Part shown: positions 27,613 through 38,555 of the stretch, piece by piece
Numbering within the stretch: position 1 is the stretch's first letter
How the letters are laid out: each line of letters opens with the position of its first letter
From: Eledone cirrhosa
Taxonomy: Eukaryota
Assembly (NCBI GenBank): GCA_964016885.1
Contig: OZ024747.1
Coordinates: 44,950,001-45,014,000, forward strand
Direction of reading: 5' to 3'
Length of the DNA: 64,000 nucleotides
The notes under the pieces: generated by a model
What the model saw: the letters and a program-made list of their open reading frames with translations, nothing else
What the model was told of the DNA's origin: nothing
Database searches by the model: none
Translations under genes and position numbers: made by a program

Positions 27613-28519
27613 ATATATGAATGTAAATGATTCATTCCTAACTTGATTTATGTGGTTACCGCCCATTGAAGAGTAGTTCAGCATGCTCTACCGATTCTCC
27701 TAATTCAGTTATTTTGTAGTATAAAGCTTATCTGCAATCCTTTGTGTAAAATCAGTTTGCATACAAATGTTAATAAAAGGGGAAAATGAAGAAGAAGAAA
27801 AAAAGAAGTCAAAGTAAATAAAAAAAGTAAAACAAACTAATGTAATAAAAATACAAACTAGACATGTTTTTAATGGAAAATATTCACATGACCATTGTCA
27901 CAAGAAACCTTTATTTCCAAAGTGATATTTTTTGCATCAAATTAGATAAAAATGATTAAGAATTTTACAGGTATCCTATTTTATAAAAGTGCGTGCATGT
28001 ATGTATGTATGTATGTATGTATGTATGTATGTATGTATGTATGTATGTATGTATGTATGTATGCCTGCATGCATTTACGTATGCCTGTATGGATGTGTGT
28101 ATTCATGTATGAATGTGTGTATGTTTGCATGCATGTGTGTATGTATGTATCATCATGAACATTATCATTACTTAATGCCCGTTTTCCATTAGTTGGAAGA
28201 ATCACCTCTCAATCAAAGTTATAATCACAGATGGTCCAGGGTTACAATTTGATTATATATATTTCTAGACATTACAGCATGTACTGGGCACACTTTATTG
28301 TGACACTAGTACTAGGGAAGTTGTCATGCCCTTCACACAAATGAAGTGTCCTCTCAGCCCTATGTTTGGCAGGTTTTCGATAGCTGGATGCCGTTTCTGA
28401 CAACAAACACTTTATAGAGTGTATTGGGTATATTTTATCATGATACAAGCACCAGGGAAGTTGTTGGTCATTTATGTGTTCTGGATGGTATTGCTGAACC
28501 ACTGGAGAAGCTGTTTAAA

Positions 28520-29060
28520 GAACTTTGTTTAACAATATTTTGGATGAAGTTATTGTCCACGTTGAGAAAAGATTTAAAACAATGGAGAGTTCAGATTTGT
28601 GGAATTGTTGAATCCAAAGCTTTTTCACGTTGACGACAGAAAATTTCCGATGGAAGGCTTTTCATTGTTGGACGTCTATATAAACATATTGGATTTGGAT
28701 GAATTGAAATATAAACTGAAATCAGTTTATGCTGCAGACTTTGCGAAACAGGTGTCAAGCATCCAGGAAGTCATAGATAATACGGGAACTTGAACTAAAT
28801 CAAGCTCTGGCAGAAGTAACAAATATTATGCCTGATTCTGACCATATATTCTTCATGTGAGAGATCGTTTTCTTCATTAAAGCGAGTAAATGATTATAAG
28901 TGTTCTCAAAGTGAAGAGAGATTGAACAATTTGGTCTTCATTTCCATGAATAAAGACCTTTTGAAGAAGATGGAGGTAGTGTGTGGTGCTAATACATTTT
29001 ATAGCAAAATGAATTTGCCAAAAAGAAATGAAAAATTGAATTGATTTGTAGACGAATTTT
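28520..29060 (+). pseudogene. hAT transposase C-terminal remnant (dimerisation domain)
   Basis: SCERSFSSLKRVNDY...SQSEERLNNLVFISMNKDLLKK at ~28853-28970, preceded by NNILDEVIVHVEKRF. Frameshifted. Confidence 0.8.
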
Positions 29061-29329
29061 AAGTATTTCATTATTTGGAGGTTTTATCATTTACTTATAT
29101 TTCTCATGTATCCAATATCACGACAGGCTCATCACCAGGCTGTTACTAGTGGAGAGGGGTATCAAGCCTGAAGTGTGGTCTGTTGGTAGAAGTGTATTTT
29201 CTCACATTAAAATTAGCTCACACATTTAGAAATGAAGGAGAGGACAACAAACAATTTTGCGGAATGGTGGGGGTGGGGGTGAGGGGCAGGGCACCACAGC
29301 CCCACTCTCCACCATGGCAATTGGACTGT

Positions 29330-29545
29330 ATCATCATCATCATTTTATGTCCGCTTTTCCCTGCTTGCAAGGGTGGCACGGGTCTTATTCAGAACAGCAT
29401 CTCTCCATTTGTCACGGTCCTTCGTCATCTCCACTGTGAGCTTCAGCAATCTGAGGTCAGCTCTTACCACCTCCGCCCATATTTTTCATGGTCTTCCTTC
29501 CACTGGGATTTCTTGGCACTTCTTCACCCAGCTGTCATCAAGCAA
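29330..29545 (-). mobile_element. RTE family B 3' end fragment, inverted relative to the adjacent long copy
   Basis: It is the reverse complement of ~31720-31950, including CCCACCCTTGCAAGCAGGGAAAAGCGG and (GAT)n. Confidence 0.9.
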
Positions 29546-29569
29546 TCGCATAACAAGAAAAAAAACAAG

Positions 29570-31958
29570 AATATGAAGATGTCGCATCTCAGAGTTGCCA
29601 CACTTAATGTTAGCACTCCTAGAGGTAGATCTGGTGAAATAGTGGAGATGCTGGAGAGAAGGCATGTGGATGTGTGCAGCATGCAAGAGGTGAGATGGAG
29701 AGGTGCCTCTGCAAGACTAATCGCAGGCAAACATCTCAGTTATAAGCTTTTCTGGGTGGGTAATCATGATGGGTTAGATGGAGTAGGCATTTTACTGGCT
29801 GAGAGATGGATTGATAAGACAATAGAGGTAGTTCGAGTTAGTAATAGAATAATTAAGCTTAGATTAGTTTTAGGAAAGAGACTAGTGACAATCATCTCTG
29901 CCTATTCTCTCCAGGCCGGCCTAGGTAAAGAAAAGAAAGACTGCTTTTACGAGCAACTTTTACAAACAGCTGCAATGACAAGGGACTTCAATGTTGATGT
30001 TGGACAGCTCCAGGATGGTTACACTGGGGTACATGGTGGGCACGGTTACAGCTCAAGAAATGGAGTGAGGCTTCTTGAATTTTGTGATGCAAGTGCACTA
30101 ACCATTTGCAACACTAACTTCCAGAAGCCTACCAATCACCTAATATCCTACAAATCAGGTGAGCCAGATTGACTTCTTGCTAGTTAGGCAGCGAGACAGA
30201 CAGCTGGTGTCAAATACCAAGGCATACGCCGGGGAAGAATGTACCCCACAGCATAGGTTAGTCGTTAGCAACATCTCAGTAAGCAAGAGATGGAATGAGA
30301 CATACAGGAAGGTGTGGAAAATAAAGGTCTGAAAAGACCTCTCACTAAAATACAAATTTAGGAAAGCCCTTCAATATGTGCATGATGAAAAAGAAGACGA
30401 TTTTGAGTTCTATGACATAGATGATAACTGGAATTTCTTACGTGACAACTTACTGCAGGCTACTGAAGAAATTTGTGGCTGGAGCAGAGCTGATGGATCA
30501 GGTTATGAAAGTGGTAGAAAGGATATTAGCGCAACTAATTAGTGAAAGGGTCAAACTAGATGAGATGCAGTTTGGTTTTGTGCCTGGGAAAAGTACAACA
30601 GATGCCTTCTTCTTAGTGAGACAACTACAGGAGAGGTTCTTAGAGAAGAATAAGCCACTATACTTAGCTTTTGTTGACCTAGAGAAGGCCTTTGATAGGG
30701 TACCCTGATCTGTCATCTGGTGGTCCCTAAGCAAACTAGGTGTTGAGGAATGGCTTGTGAGGACAGTCCAAGCTTTGTACAGAGGTGCTGAGGTGCTGTC
30801 AGTAAAGTGAGGGTAGGAATAGAGTTTAGTGAGGAATTCCAGATACAAGTAGGAGTACATCAGGGTTCGGTCCTCAACCCACTCTTGTTCATTATAGTCC
30901 TCCAAGCCATAACAGAGGAGTTTAAGACTGGCTGTCCATGGGAACTTCTCTATGCTGACGATCTGATTCTTATAGCAGAATCATTAGAGGAGCTAGAGAA
31001 TAAATTTTGGTTATGGAAACAGCAGTTGGAATTAAGAGGACTGAGAGTGAACCTAGCTAAGACAAAAGTGTTGATGAGTAGAAAAGAGGACAAAACTCTG
31101 ATTCCGTCAGGAAAATGGCCATGTTCGATATGCAGAAAAGGAACTGGCATAAATTCTATAAAATGTACACAATGCAGATCTTGGGTACACAAGAGATGAA
31201 GTGGGATAGCAGGCAAACTAACAGCTAGAGAAAACTATGTATGCAGTAGATGTACAGGGAAATTTGACAGTAGAAGTCGCATTGATAGACACATTTTTCA
31301 AATGCAGATGGGTCCTATAGAAGTGGTTGATAGCTTCCAGTACCTAGGTGATCAGATTAGCATGGGAGGGGGGGGGGTTCCAAGGCCATAGTATCTAGAA
31401 TAAGGATGGGTTGGAAGAAGTTTAGGGAGCTGCTTCCTCTGCTGGTGAAGAAGGGTTTCTCCCTGCATACGAAAGGCCGGTTATATGATGCCTGTGTGAG
31501 ATGTGTGATGCTACATGGTAGTGAGACATGGGCAGCAACTGCAGAGGATATGCGACGGCTGGAGAGAAATGAGGCAATCATGCTCCGTTGGATGTGCAAT
31601 GTCAATGTGCGTGAACGACCCAGCATGGATGTTTTGAGAGAGAAACTGTGTCTGAGAGGGATAAATTGTAGTGTGCGGGAGAGGAGACTGCGATGGTAGG
31701 GACATGTAACGTGCATGGAGGATGACCGATGGGTGAAGAAGTGCCAAGAAATGCCAGTTGAAGGAAGACATAGTAGAGGAAGACCACATAAAACATGGGC
31801 GGAGGTGGTGAGAGCAGACCTCAGATCACGGAAACTTACGGTGGAGATGACGAAGGACCGTGACAAGTGGAGAGATGTTGTGCTGAATAAGACCCGTCCC
31901 ACCCTTGCAAGCAGGGAAAAGCGGAAGTATGATGATGATGATGATGATGATGATGATC
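29570..31958 (+). pseudogene. RTE family B LINE: intact N-terminus, internal deletion, multiple stops and frameshifts
   Basis: MSHLRVATLNVS...[38 protein letters not shown] and a (GAT)n tail. The sequence jumps from ICGWS directly to LMDQVMK near 30490. Confidence 0.92.
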
Positions 31959-32511
31959 AATAATCAAATGGAAAGAAGCGCACCAGAATGGCTAATTTAA
32001 AAGCCTGTATTCCAACCTTCCAGAGGCCAGATTCATTCTTTCTTTCAAATTAAATCTATGTCCTCACTAGACACACTTAGACTCACACACACACACACAT
32101 ACATATATAGCACATGTTTTTCCCATTTTATTATATACATATTCGCACACACCTTTCATTACATCCCACACATACAAACATCCCACTAAGCACACTTACA
32201 TTCATGCACACACACATGCATACATCATACATTTCACAAAGCGCACGTTCAATATTTTAACATCTTTTCATTTCATTTAACTCAAATCTGCTTTCGAAAC
32301 AAACAAGACCATCCAATTGATCTTTTAAGTCTCTAATAGGGATACACCCTTGCTAATGGGTTTTTAAATCTGAAAATATTTGAGATTATCAAATTTGGTA
32401 ATTTTGTTATCTTACTTAGCAATCTTGATTTTCTTTCTTGTGCATTGTATGGTTTTCAAAATTATTAAAATTTTTGTTTCCTATTCAACAATGCTTCAAG
32501 CAAGCTACAAC

Positions 32512-32578
<67 letters not shown>

Positions 32579-32621
32579 TATAAGTATTAATAAAATAGAT
32601 GTTCTTTTGATCAATTACATT

Positions 32622-32672
32622 TCATTATACATATTTCGGATGTACAACAGTACGTCCTCATCAGAAAAAATA
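32622..32672 (-). ncRNA. Minimal type I hammerhead motif, copy 1
   Basis: CUGAUGA-GGAcGUAC uguu GUACaUCC-GAAA-UAUGUA-UA/AUGA. Stem I is weak. Confidence 0.65.
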
Positions 32673-32730
32673 TATTAATACATGACATACCCTGAGATAT
32701 TAAATGGTTAAGATTTAATCAATCTACCTT

Positions 32731-32781
32731 TCATTATAGATATTTCGGATGTACAACAGTACGTCCTCATCAGACAATATA
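32731..32781 (-). ncRNA. Minimal type I hammerhead motif, copy 2
   Basis: Same core and stem II as copy 1, offset by 109 bp. Stem III reads UAUCUAUA. Confidence 0.6.
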
Positions 32782-33007
32782 TAATGATACATGACATACC
32801 CTGAGATATTAAATGGTTAAGATTTTAATCAATCTACCTTGATTAAATATGTATAATAAAATGTAATTGATCAAAAGAACATCTATTTTATTAATACTTA
32901 TATTTTAATATTAATAACTCCTGAAAATTATTTCAGTTGAGTGCTTCCAATCTACTGTAAAACTCATTCTTTGACATAATCATCGAATATTGTTTAACAA
33001 CTTATTA

Positions 33008-33080
<73 letters not shown>

Positions 33081-33164
33081 GTAAAAAATTGAACGGGAAC
33101 AAAACAGAGAGGCAGTACGAGCAAAGGTTTATTAGTTACACGCTCTTGAGAGTGGGGTGGTGGT

Positions 33165-33205
33165 GGGGAACGACGTTTCGGGCATAAGCCCTTCTTCAGG
33201 TGAAA
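33165..33205 (-). ncRNA. Minimal PLE-type hammerhead motif
   Basis: cac-CUGAAGA-A-GGGC uuau GCCC-GAAA-CG-UC/GU, with a palindromic ACGU stem III. Stem I is short. Confidence 0.75.
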
Positions 33206-34714
33206 AGTGTGTGGGAAGAGAGTTCCAAGGGTGTGTAGGGGAGTGGTGGAGAGACATATAGAAAAAAAGGGGGTGGAGGAAACGGTACAAATGAAATTAA
33301 ATATAATAAAAATAAAGATAATAATAAACATGAAGTAAAACAGGTGGTGGAAGGGTGTGGGGCGTGTAGGGGTGGTGGCGGGTGGAGTGGGGAGAGGGAG
33401 GTGGGGTGTCCGAGCGGGGAGGGCTGAAGGTGGTGTGTGTGTGTAGGTGTACGTGTGTGTGTATGTGTGTGTGTATGTGAAAGTAAGAGTTGGGGGAAGA
33501 ACGGGGTTGCATGTTCAAGAAGAGGTGTGTGTGGGGTGGGGTGTAGGTCGGAGTGCGTGTGCGTGTGTGGATGAGGGGAGGAGAGGATTCCGGAGGCTGA
33601 GTGTGTAAATATGTGGTGGTACGCACGTGTGTGTGTGGTGTTTATGCGTGTTGTGGATGTAGGTGGCGTGAGGGAAAACATTTTTTTGAGTGTATGTCAG
33701 TGGGTGAGTCCTTAAGGTAGTTCGGTAGAGGATGTGGTGGAATGCTGCGTAATATCCTTGGGATGTGGTGGATTCTAGGGATCGATGTTCAATATGTGTA
33801 ATCCGTGAAGAGATTGGTCGGAAGCGGGGAGATGTGGGGTGCGCGCGCAACAGGAAGTGGTCAGAGGGTCAAGGCAGGAGGAGGATTGTGTGTCTGTGTG
33901 TGCGGGGAGGTGGTCAGAGATAAGGGCATAGCAGCAGTCAGGTAGAATGGTAAGTGAAGAAAGTCGGTGGGTCAGTGTGTGCGGAGGTGCGGTGGACAGG
34001 GGAGAGGATGGGTAGGTGTGAAAGTGGGAGCGGGGAGGGTGTGTGTGTGTATTAGTAGAGGTGTTAGTGGGATGTGTGTGTGTGTGAGAAAGGGTGTGGG
34101 TGGAGCGGGGAGAGAAGGGTGTAGGGGCCGGTGGAGGGAGTGTAGTGTACTGGTGTGTGTGTGCGTGTTTGGATGAGTGTGTGTGTGGTGAAGGGGGTGT
34201 TAGTGGGTGTTAGTATACTGGAGGTGGGGAAAGGGTTGAATGCGACTGTGAGTGGGGGTCAGTGGTTGTAGGGTGTGTAGAGTGGGTGGTGTAAGAGGGT
34301 GTGTGTGTTCGTGTGCGTAGGGTTGGGGGTGTTAGTGATGTTAGTTGCATGTAGAGTGGGTGGTGTAAGTGGGTGTGTGTGTTCGTGGGCGTGGGGTCGG
34401 GGGGTGTTAGTGATGTTAGTTGCGGGGTGGTGGGGTGGATGTGTGGGGGTGAGGGTTAGTGGTGGTAGTAGGGTGTGTGTTTAGTGTGAGCGCGTGTATA
34501 TATGTACCGGTGGGTGTGTGTGTAATAAGGAGAGGGGTGGAGAAGAAGGGAGGGTTGTTAGTCTGTTAGTTGGGGAAGGGTGGTCGGGTGTGGGGTGGAG
34601 GTGTTAGTATTGTTAGTTGTGGGGTGGGCGGTGAAAAGGAGGGGTGTGTTAGTTGTGTTAGTGGGGGATATGTGTGGGGTGGGGGTGGGGGTCGAATGCT
34701 AAAGGAATAAGGGT

Positions 34715-35280
34715 GGGGAGTTCAGGCCGGGGGAGTGTGGGTCTGTAGGGTGAAGATGGTTCGTTGTTCGACCCTGAGGAGAGTGGCGGGTGTTCCGTGG
34801 CATTGGAGTAGACCACAGACTGTGAGGTGGTGTGCGGAATGTCCAGGGGCACCAAAGTGGCGGGCAATGGGGGAACTACCACCGAGACGAATATCTCGGA
34901 GGTGTTCAGTAAACCGGTCCGCCAAGCAACGTCCAGTCTGTTCGACGTAGGTTGCGCTGCACGGAGTGCAGCGAAGTCCGTAGACTAGGTTGGACGAGGT
35001 GCAGCGGAAGGTATGCCAGACAGAGAGAGAGTGGCCGTTGGGACCCTAGAAGGTGGTGGTGTTGGTGATGTGGGGACAGGTGTTGCAGCGGGGCCTGGAA
35101 CAGGGAAGGGAACCGGTGGGGGGGGCGTGGGAGGGGGGAGCTGTGGACGAGGATGGTGCGGAGATTGCGTGCGCGTTTGAAGGAGGTGGGGCTGGGAAGA
35201 TGTGGGAGGTGGAGGGGTCGGACTGGAGGCGTCGGAAGAGGAGGAGGATGGTGCGATGGAGAGGTATGGTGGAGGGATAT
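34715..35280 (-). pseudogene. PLE linker, Cys-rich finger and GIY-YIG endonuclease
   Basis: FRRLQSDPSTSHIFPAPP...PCSRPRCNTCPHI...(TAG at 35046-35048)...FRCTSSNLVYGLRCTPCSATYVEQTGRCLADRFTEHLRDI...PIARHF...EQRTIFTLQT. Confidence 0.88.
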
Positions 35281-35378
35281 ATATATATATATATCATCAT
35301 CATCATCTTCGTTTAACGTCTATCTTCCACACTAGCATGGGTATATATATATATAAATAAATATATATATATATATAT

Positions 35379-35743
35379 AACCAAAGATTAATATGGTTCG
35401 TTGATTAATCAACAAATACAATTTTACAATAGATTAGAAGCACTCGACAAGATTTTCCTGGAGTATTTAATATTATTCAAAATGTTAATAAATGAAAAAT
35501 ATTCTCATAATCAAAATATATATTTTATTATACATATTTCAAAGGTACAATGGTGTTTAAGTATGTTTTCATCAGACTGCCAATACTGGAATTGAATAAT
35601 AAAAACCGTAGCGGTATGTCACATATCAAATCTTATATTTTGTCTGATGAAAACGTACTTAAACACCATTGTACGTTTGAAATATGTATAATAAAATATA
35701 TATTTTGATTATGAGAATATTTTTCATTTATTAACGTTTTGAA

Positions 35744-35750
<7 letters not shown>
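35379..35750. mobile_element. Non-coding palindromic hammerhead cassette in (TA)n
   Basis: ~109 bp inverted arms at 35469-35577 and 35642-35750, a 64 bp spacer, and a tail at 35379-35468 homologous to the reverse complement of 32911-32965. Confidence 0.85.
35634..35700 (+). ncRNA. Minimal type I hammerhead ribozyme
   Basis: Stem I UAUAUUUUGU/AUAAAAUAUA (10 bp), CUGAUGA at 35644-35650, stem II AAACGUAC/GUACGUUU (8 bp), GAAA at 35679-35682, and AUA cleavage predicted after 35690. Confidence 0.82.
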
Positions 35751-35826
<76 letters not shown>

Positions 35827-36095
35827 ATACTTGGGGAGGGTCATATTTGTGTAATATTGCCAGAATTAATAATAGAACACATTCACTACTTGGTTGGTTT
35901 TCGCTTTTCGCTTCTGTGTCTTTTATATCGGTAATCTAATTTATTCGGTCCTCAATGTTACCATTGACTGACCACCGGTCAAAAATAATTGTTTCTACTT
36001 TTGGCACAAGGCCAGCAATTACCCAGTACATTCAAAAATAATACAGATACAATATAGACACAAACACATATATATAGTTTATCATATATATAATT

Positions 36096-36137
<42 letters not shown>

Positions 36138-36253
36138 GATAGATTGATAGATAGATAGATTAAGTATTAAACTAACATATTTCTTCATCGTACAATGTCA
36201 TTTGGTTTGTTATTTCTGTTTATGTTTTGCATATATATATATATATATATATG

Positions 36254-36344
36254 CAGGGTGTCTCCCCCCCCCCAAAAAAAAAATGTATGCACATATTTAT
36301 TCGAATGCTGTTGAAGCGTGTATACACTTTCTTGAGACACCCTG
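36254..36344. mobile_element. Tc1/mariner-type MITE
   Basis: TIRs CAGGGTGTCTC..AAAA.TGTATGCAC and GTGTATACACTTTCTTGAGACACCCTG, in a TA context. Confidence 0.75.
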
Positions 36345-36380
36345 TATATATAAATATGTATACACATAAACACATGCAAT

Positions 36381-36770
36381 GTGGCACATGGCTTAGTGGT
36401 TAGAGCATTGGGCTTGCAATCGAAAGGTTGTGAGTTCCATTCTCAGATCGGGTGATGTGTTGTTTCCTTGAGCAAGACACTTTATTTCACATTGCTCCAG
36501 TTTTCTCAGCTGCAGAAATGAGATGATAGGGACTGGGCTCCATATCATTCCACTGCAAAGTGGTCGTGGAGGTGCCACGGCAAAAAAGCACCCAGCCCAC
36601 ACTGTAAAGTGGACGTGTTGGCGCCACGGAAAAAAAAGCACCCAGCACTCACTGTAAATGAGGTTGGTGTTAGGAAGGGCATCCAGCTGTAGAAATCAAG
36701 CCAGAATCTGTTCCCGTCCCACCCTTGCAAGCAGGGAAAAAGCGGACGTAAAATGATGATGATGATGATG
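36381..36770 (+). mobile_element. SINE family 2 copy (long form)
   Basis: tRNA head, CORE-like block, duplicated AAAAGCACCCAGC..ACTGTAAA block and (GAT)n tail. Confidence 0.9.
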
Positions 36771-37194
36771 AATGCATTAACAGCTTTGCATATAACGTTT
36801 TTAGCAATACAAATGAATACATATAACTGCTATGTATACGCGTATGCTGTTGGATATTGGCAAGAGAGAAAGAGAGAGGGAGAGAGAGAAAGAGAGAGAG
36901 GGAGAGATAGTAAAATAAAATAAAAAATTAGCTGACATAATACATTTCCTGGATATGTGAGATTTCCTGTGATGAATTCAAGTAGGGATGCTGTATAACA
37001 GCTTTTATAATCAAACCATCGCCTTATTGCAATGTTGCTTCTCTCACCTTCCCTTGTTCTCCATGTCTCATGCATGTATGCACACACACACACGCACATG
37101 CACATGCACATGCACATGCACATGCATAAACACAGACATACAAATGTATACAAACACACATATGTATATGTACACAACACAAACATATATAGAT

Positions 37195-37742
37195 CTGTAT
37201 CTACATATGTACATATATATGTATCTATATATGTACATATATATGTATCTATATATGTACAGATATAGATACATATATATATGTACATATATAGATACAT
37301 ATATATGTATATATATATGTATCTATATATGTACATATATATGTACATATATATGTACATATATATGTATCTATATATGTATCTATATATGTACATATAT
37401 ATGTACATATATATGTATCTATATATGTACATATATATGTACATATATATGTACATATATATGTATCTATATAAAGATACTTATATATGCACATATATAT
37501 GTACATATATAGATACATATATAGATACATATATATGTACATATATATGTACATATATATGTACATATATAGATACATATATAGATTCATATATATGTAC
37601 ATATATATGTACATATATATGTACATATATATGTATCTATATATGTACATATATATGTATCTATATATGTACATATATATGCATACATATATATGTACAT
37701 ATATATGTATCTATATATGTACATATATATGCATACATATAT
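37195..37742. repeat. 12-bp-unit satellite (ATATATGTACAT, ATATATGTATCT, ATATAGATACAT)
   Basis: Directly visible. It explains the YICT and MYIY ORFs. Confidence 0.95.
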
Positions 37743-38062
37743 AAATGCTTGCAACAGTGAATTGGTGCAATTTCACACACATCTAGTCACACACACACAT
37801 ATATGAGCATCTTATGCACTTTAGTAAGGAAACTGTTTTCAAAATTGTGCACTCATCACATAACATAAATTGATATTTACATTTACATTCAACTCTGTTT
37901 GGATTTTTGTTGAGGATATACATTTATTTGTATGTACGTATGCATGCATGGATGACTGCCTGTGAGTGTCTACATATATGTAAACTTTATATATATATAT
38001 ATAATGAAGGAAATGTGGTAAGGAACCAGGTGGACCATAACGCACCAAAGTACTCAATACTT

Positions 38063-38104
<42 letters not shown>

Positions 38105-38144
38105 ATGTGTGTATGTATATATATATGTATATATATATATATAT

Positions 38145-38210
<66 letters not shown>

Positions 38211-38212
<2 letters not shown>

Positions 38213-38516
38213 AGGCACATGGCTTAGTGGTTAGAGCATTGGCCTCACAATCGAAAGGTTGTGAGTTCAAGTCTCAGACCGGCTGATGTGTTGTTTCCTT
38301 GAGCAAGACACTTTATTTCAGATTGCTCCAGTTTATTCAGCTGTAGAAATGAGATGATAGGGACTGGAGTCCCTATCATTCCACTGTAAAGTGGAATGAT
38401 AGGGACCCAGCACTCACTGTTAATAAGGTTAATGTTAGGAAGGGCATCCAGCTGTAGAAATCAAGCCAGAATCAGTTCCCGACCTACCCGCAAAATGATG
38501 ATGATGATGATGATGA
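38211..38516 (+). mobile_element. SINE family 2 copy inserted in (TA)n
   Basis: GGAGGCACATGGCTTAGTGG head and (GAT)n tail. Confidence 0.88.
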
Positions 38517-38555
38517 TATATATATATATACATGCATATACATATACTTACATGC

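Larger units (their letters stand above)
32571..33010. mobile_element. Non-coding fold-back cassette in (TA)n with two tandem minimal hammerhead motifs (PLE pLTR-derived)
   Basis: Inverted arms 32571-32636 and 32845-32910, an internal 109 bp tandem duplication, and a one-sided tail at 32911-33010. Confidence 0.8.
33075..35280 (-). mobile_element. 5'-truncated Neptune-like PLE with a long AC-rich 3' region, flanked by (TA)n
   Basis: A GIY-YIG coding remnant, then ~1.5 kb of non-coding sequence, a hammerhead motif, AATAAA and (TA)n. Confidence 0.85.

Noticed and set aside
33196-34484. His/Thr/Pro-rich and Gly/Val/Cys-rich ORFs
   Set aside because: They result from the AC/GT-skewed PLE 3' region, which is naturally poor in stop codons.
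36830-37760. Long ORFs of YICT and MYIY repeats (also at 51700-54600)
   Set aside because: They are translations of satellites and microsatellites, open in several frames on both strands.
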